From assembly GCA_043228905.1 (NCBI GenBank), contig JBHGNT010000003.1, positions 10,230,001-10,294,000 of the forward strand: DNA of 64,000 nucleotides, read 5' to 3'. The notes beneath the pieces are model-generated. The model was not told where the DNA came from. It did no database searches and saw only the letters and a list, made by a program, of their open reading frames with translations. A program made the translations under genes and the position numbers. Source of the DNA: Azolla caroliniana (Eukaryota; Plantae; Polypodiophyta). Shown here in pieces: positions 61,733 to 64,000 of this stretch. How positions within the stretch are numbered: position 1 is the first letter of the stretch; each line of letters opens with the position of its first letter.

Positions 61733-62190
61733 TCCCTAGATCTCACTTGGGGAATATCAGAAACTCGAGGCCACAACCTTGACACAATCTTCATCTCACT
61801 AACTGGATGGAACAAACAAAAACAATAGAAAACACAGAGCAATAAAACTTGGTAGAATGATTGTCTGGTCATAGACGATGGTGCTACAACACCTACAAAT
61901 CATCTTCTGAAGTCCCTTTGCCTTTCTACTTAGTCTCGCAAGAACGTTGCAGAGTTCACCTCTGTCTTTTCTATCTCTATCTATCTCACAACAACTACAA
62001 TAGATCATCCATATAAGATATATATATATATATATATATATATGACCCAAAATAAACCTAACTTGGTTTTCGGCCTTACAGCTCTCTTACGGTTGTGTTC
62101 GGCCTTGTAGCCCTCTTCTCCCATAAGGAGGGATACAAAACGTAACACTTTATGCTTCCATATAAGGGAGAACATGTACAATTTTTGCAA

Positions 62191-62800
62191 TTTAAGTATC
62201 TTGGTATCGATGTACCACCCACAAATAAATGGAGTGTATGCTTTGAATCTAGGCTTCAGAGCGGTTAAAAGTTATTATATGTTAAGCAAATGCGACAAAA
62301 AATGGATAGGAAATGAAACTAATGTTACTTAATGCCATGGCAACACAAGTTGTGCTTTATGGAGCAGAAGTGTGGAGAGGCATTATCTTTCTTAATGCAT
62401 GGAATGAGATTGAGAAGATTCAAAAGATGTTTTTGAGAAAATATTGAGTTAAATCTATCGCCTCCTATCAAGTTATGTTGTTTTAAGTGTTCGAATAGAT
62501 GTTGTTATGTTGTTTTTGAGGGAAGATTCAAAAGATATTGGCACTACATTACAAATAGTTCAAAATATACCAAATCATAAATAACCACATCTTGTGTCGA
62601 ATATTTCATGCAAACTACAAAGAGATTTACAAGAACAACATTTCTTCATCATGTCAAAAAATGGTTAAAAAGATGGATGTGAAAGAATCTCTAGGAGCTT
62701 TCAAAGTCATTTTTTCATCATGTTAAAAAATGGTTCAAAAGATGGGATGTGGAAGAATCTCTTAGAGCTTTCAAAGTGATGCTATGAAATGTCATGGTTA
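62191..62800 (+). mobile_element. Degenerate non-LTR retrotransposon (LINE) ORF2 3' fragment
   Basis: FKYLGIDVP (RT C-terminal motif), then VVLYGAEVW...IEKIQKMFLR. Confidence 0.75.
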
Positions 62801-63209
62801 TATTGAGTAAAGATATGAAACTTACTAAGGACAAGAGTGGAAAGGTGTTAAAAGGATACTAAAGGATGACACATATTGTGCAATTTGATAATTATATATA
62901 AACAAGAGGGAGATGTTCATGTGTATGCCTTACATTCACACAGGGCCGAAACGAATCTCTTTCTTCTTTCTTACATGATCAGTTTCACACAAGTCCAAAT
63001 GCATTACGTTTGAAAGTAGAAATAATCACTTTCAACTTCATGGAAGTAGATGCTTGAAAGTTACAAAATAACTATGGAAGAAACAGATGCTAATGCAATA
63101 GGTTTTGCACAATTATTAAGAAATTATCTACACACTAACCAATTATAACTGAAAATGCTTTACAAAATACCATCATATATTTCTTAAAAACACAAAAAAT
63201 AGACATATA

Positions 63210-63365
63210 GTCAAAAAGCTAGCATGTATTATTATTCATTCTTTGACATTATTTGGCCACAAAATGGGTACCATATTGTCAAAGCTAGCATGTATTTATT
63301 CATTCTTGACATTATTTTGCCTGTCAAAAGCTAGCATGTATTATTCATCCTTTGGGACATTATTT
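63210..63365. repeat. Three copies of ~40-bp AAAGCTAGCATGTATTTATTCATTCTTTGACATTATTT downstream of the albumin gene
   Basis: Copies near 63213, 63280 and 63325. Confidence 0.8.
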
Positions 63366-63409
63366 TACCCATCTATCCTATTTACAACACTACCCTCCAA
63401 CACCCAAAA

Positions 63410-64000
63410 TTAGAAAACAATGCTCTCTCTATGAGAAGAGCATGCGCGAGGCCGGAGGTTGCATTGTTGCAAGAGACGCGAGCTCGCGAGCAACAACTCG
63501 CGTCTCCGAAATCTACCCCCTTTATCATCATCATGACGACGACGTTCTTTCTCCTCCTCTTCTTTTTCGTCTTCCTCTTCCGAATGATGGTGGTGGTGAT
63601 GACGGGGCCTCCTCCTATACTCCTCCTCAGACTCCTCACGAGTCCGAGGAACACGACGTAAGCCCCCATAGACCTCCCTCATGACGCTGCATCGCTCCTC
63701 CACGGGGATGCGCTCCAAGCTCCGGCAACACCTCTCCGAAGGCCTGCTATTTACAAATGAGTCCCCGATTCTACGCTCTCTACGACCACCACCACGGTGC
63801 TCTCGATCGTGTTCATGCTCGCGCTCTTCTTCTTCATATTCACTACCCCGATGGTGCTTCCTTTCGTGCTCCGGCTCGCACCTATGGCCCTCGCGCTCTT
63901 CGATGTTCCCTTCCTCTTCCTTACGGATGTCACGCATTTGTTCACGGATATAGTCCCCGCACGCATCCCGGAGTTGTTCCTCCCGTTGAGGAGAGAGTCG
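63410..64000 (-). CDS. 2S albumin-like (prolamin superfamily) storage protein, 5' end beyond window
   Basis: Frame open from 64000: LRDACGDYIREQ...ERCCRSLERIPVEERCSVMREV...ASSRLLQQCNLRPRAC; Cys skeleton of 2S albumins with E/R/H-rich inserts; AT-rich 3' flank. Confidence 0.82.
   Translation of the reverse strand, partial: RLSPQREEQLRDACGDYIREQMRDIRKEEEGNIEEREGHRCEPEHERKHHRGSEYEEEEREHEHDREHRGGGRRERRIGDSFVNSRPSERCCRSLERIPVEERCSVMREVYGGLRRVPRTREESEEEYRRRPRHHHHHHSEEEDEKEEEEKERRRHDDDKGGRFRRRELLLASSRLLQQCNLRPRACSSHRESIVF

Larger units (their letters stand above)
50400..62189 (-). mobile_element. Degenerate Copia element G (5' LTR, PBS, gag, protease), split by P1 and A3
   Basis: PBS GGCTCTAATACCA 59351-59363; LTR from 59367; gag 59008-59271 continues below 51229; WVVDSGASFH near 50630; right boundary approximate. 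Confidence 0.75.

Overview
Eukaryotic plant DNA, most likely from a non-seed plant such as a fern. This is inferred from Tcn1-like and Phygy-like Ty3/gypsy lineages plus a 2S-albumin-type storage-protein gene. About 90% of the window is a deeply nested pile of LTR retrotransposons. I resolved about 15 Ty1/copia and Ty3/gypsy insertions by LTR pairs, PBS/PPT and target-site duplications, with nesting up to 7 levels. Only one element has an unbroken gag-pol (Copia, 28142-32155). Non-LTR content: (i) a 5-exon pseudogene at 46999-49810 (-) for a ParB-like domain fused to a bacterial-type beta-class DNA amino-methyltransferase (DMPY ... DLFSGTGTT), the top candidate for an unusual system; (ii) a LINE remnant; (iii) a 2S albumin-like gene running off the right edge. 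Notable retroelement features are antisense tRNA-like Pol III cassettes in the U3 of two unrelated Gypsy families, Tf1-style self-priming, a -1 frameshift signal between protease and RT, repeated CCGG target sites, a PPT-less element with an extended terminal repeat, and a hairpin-repeat/variable-spacer array in a 5' leader. Coordinates were read by eye. Family assignments rest on motifs, not database searches.
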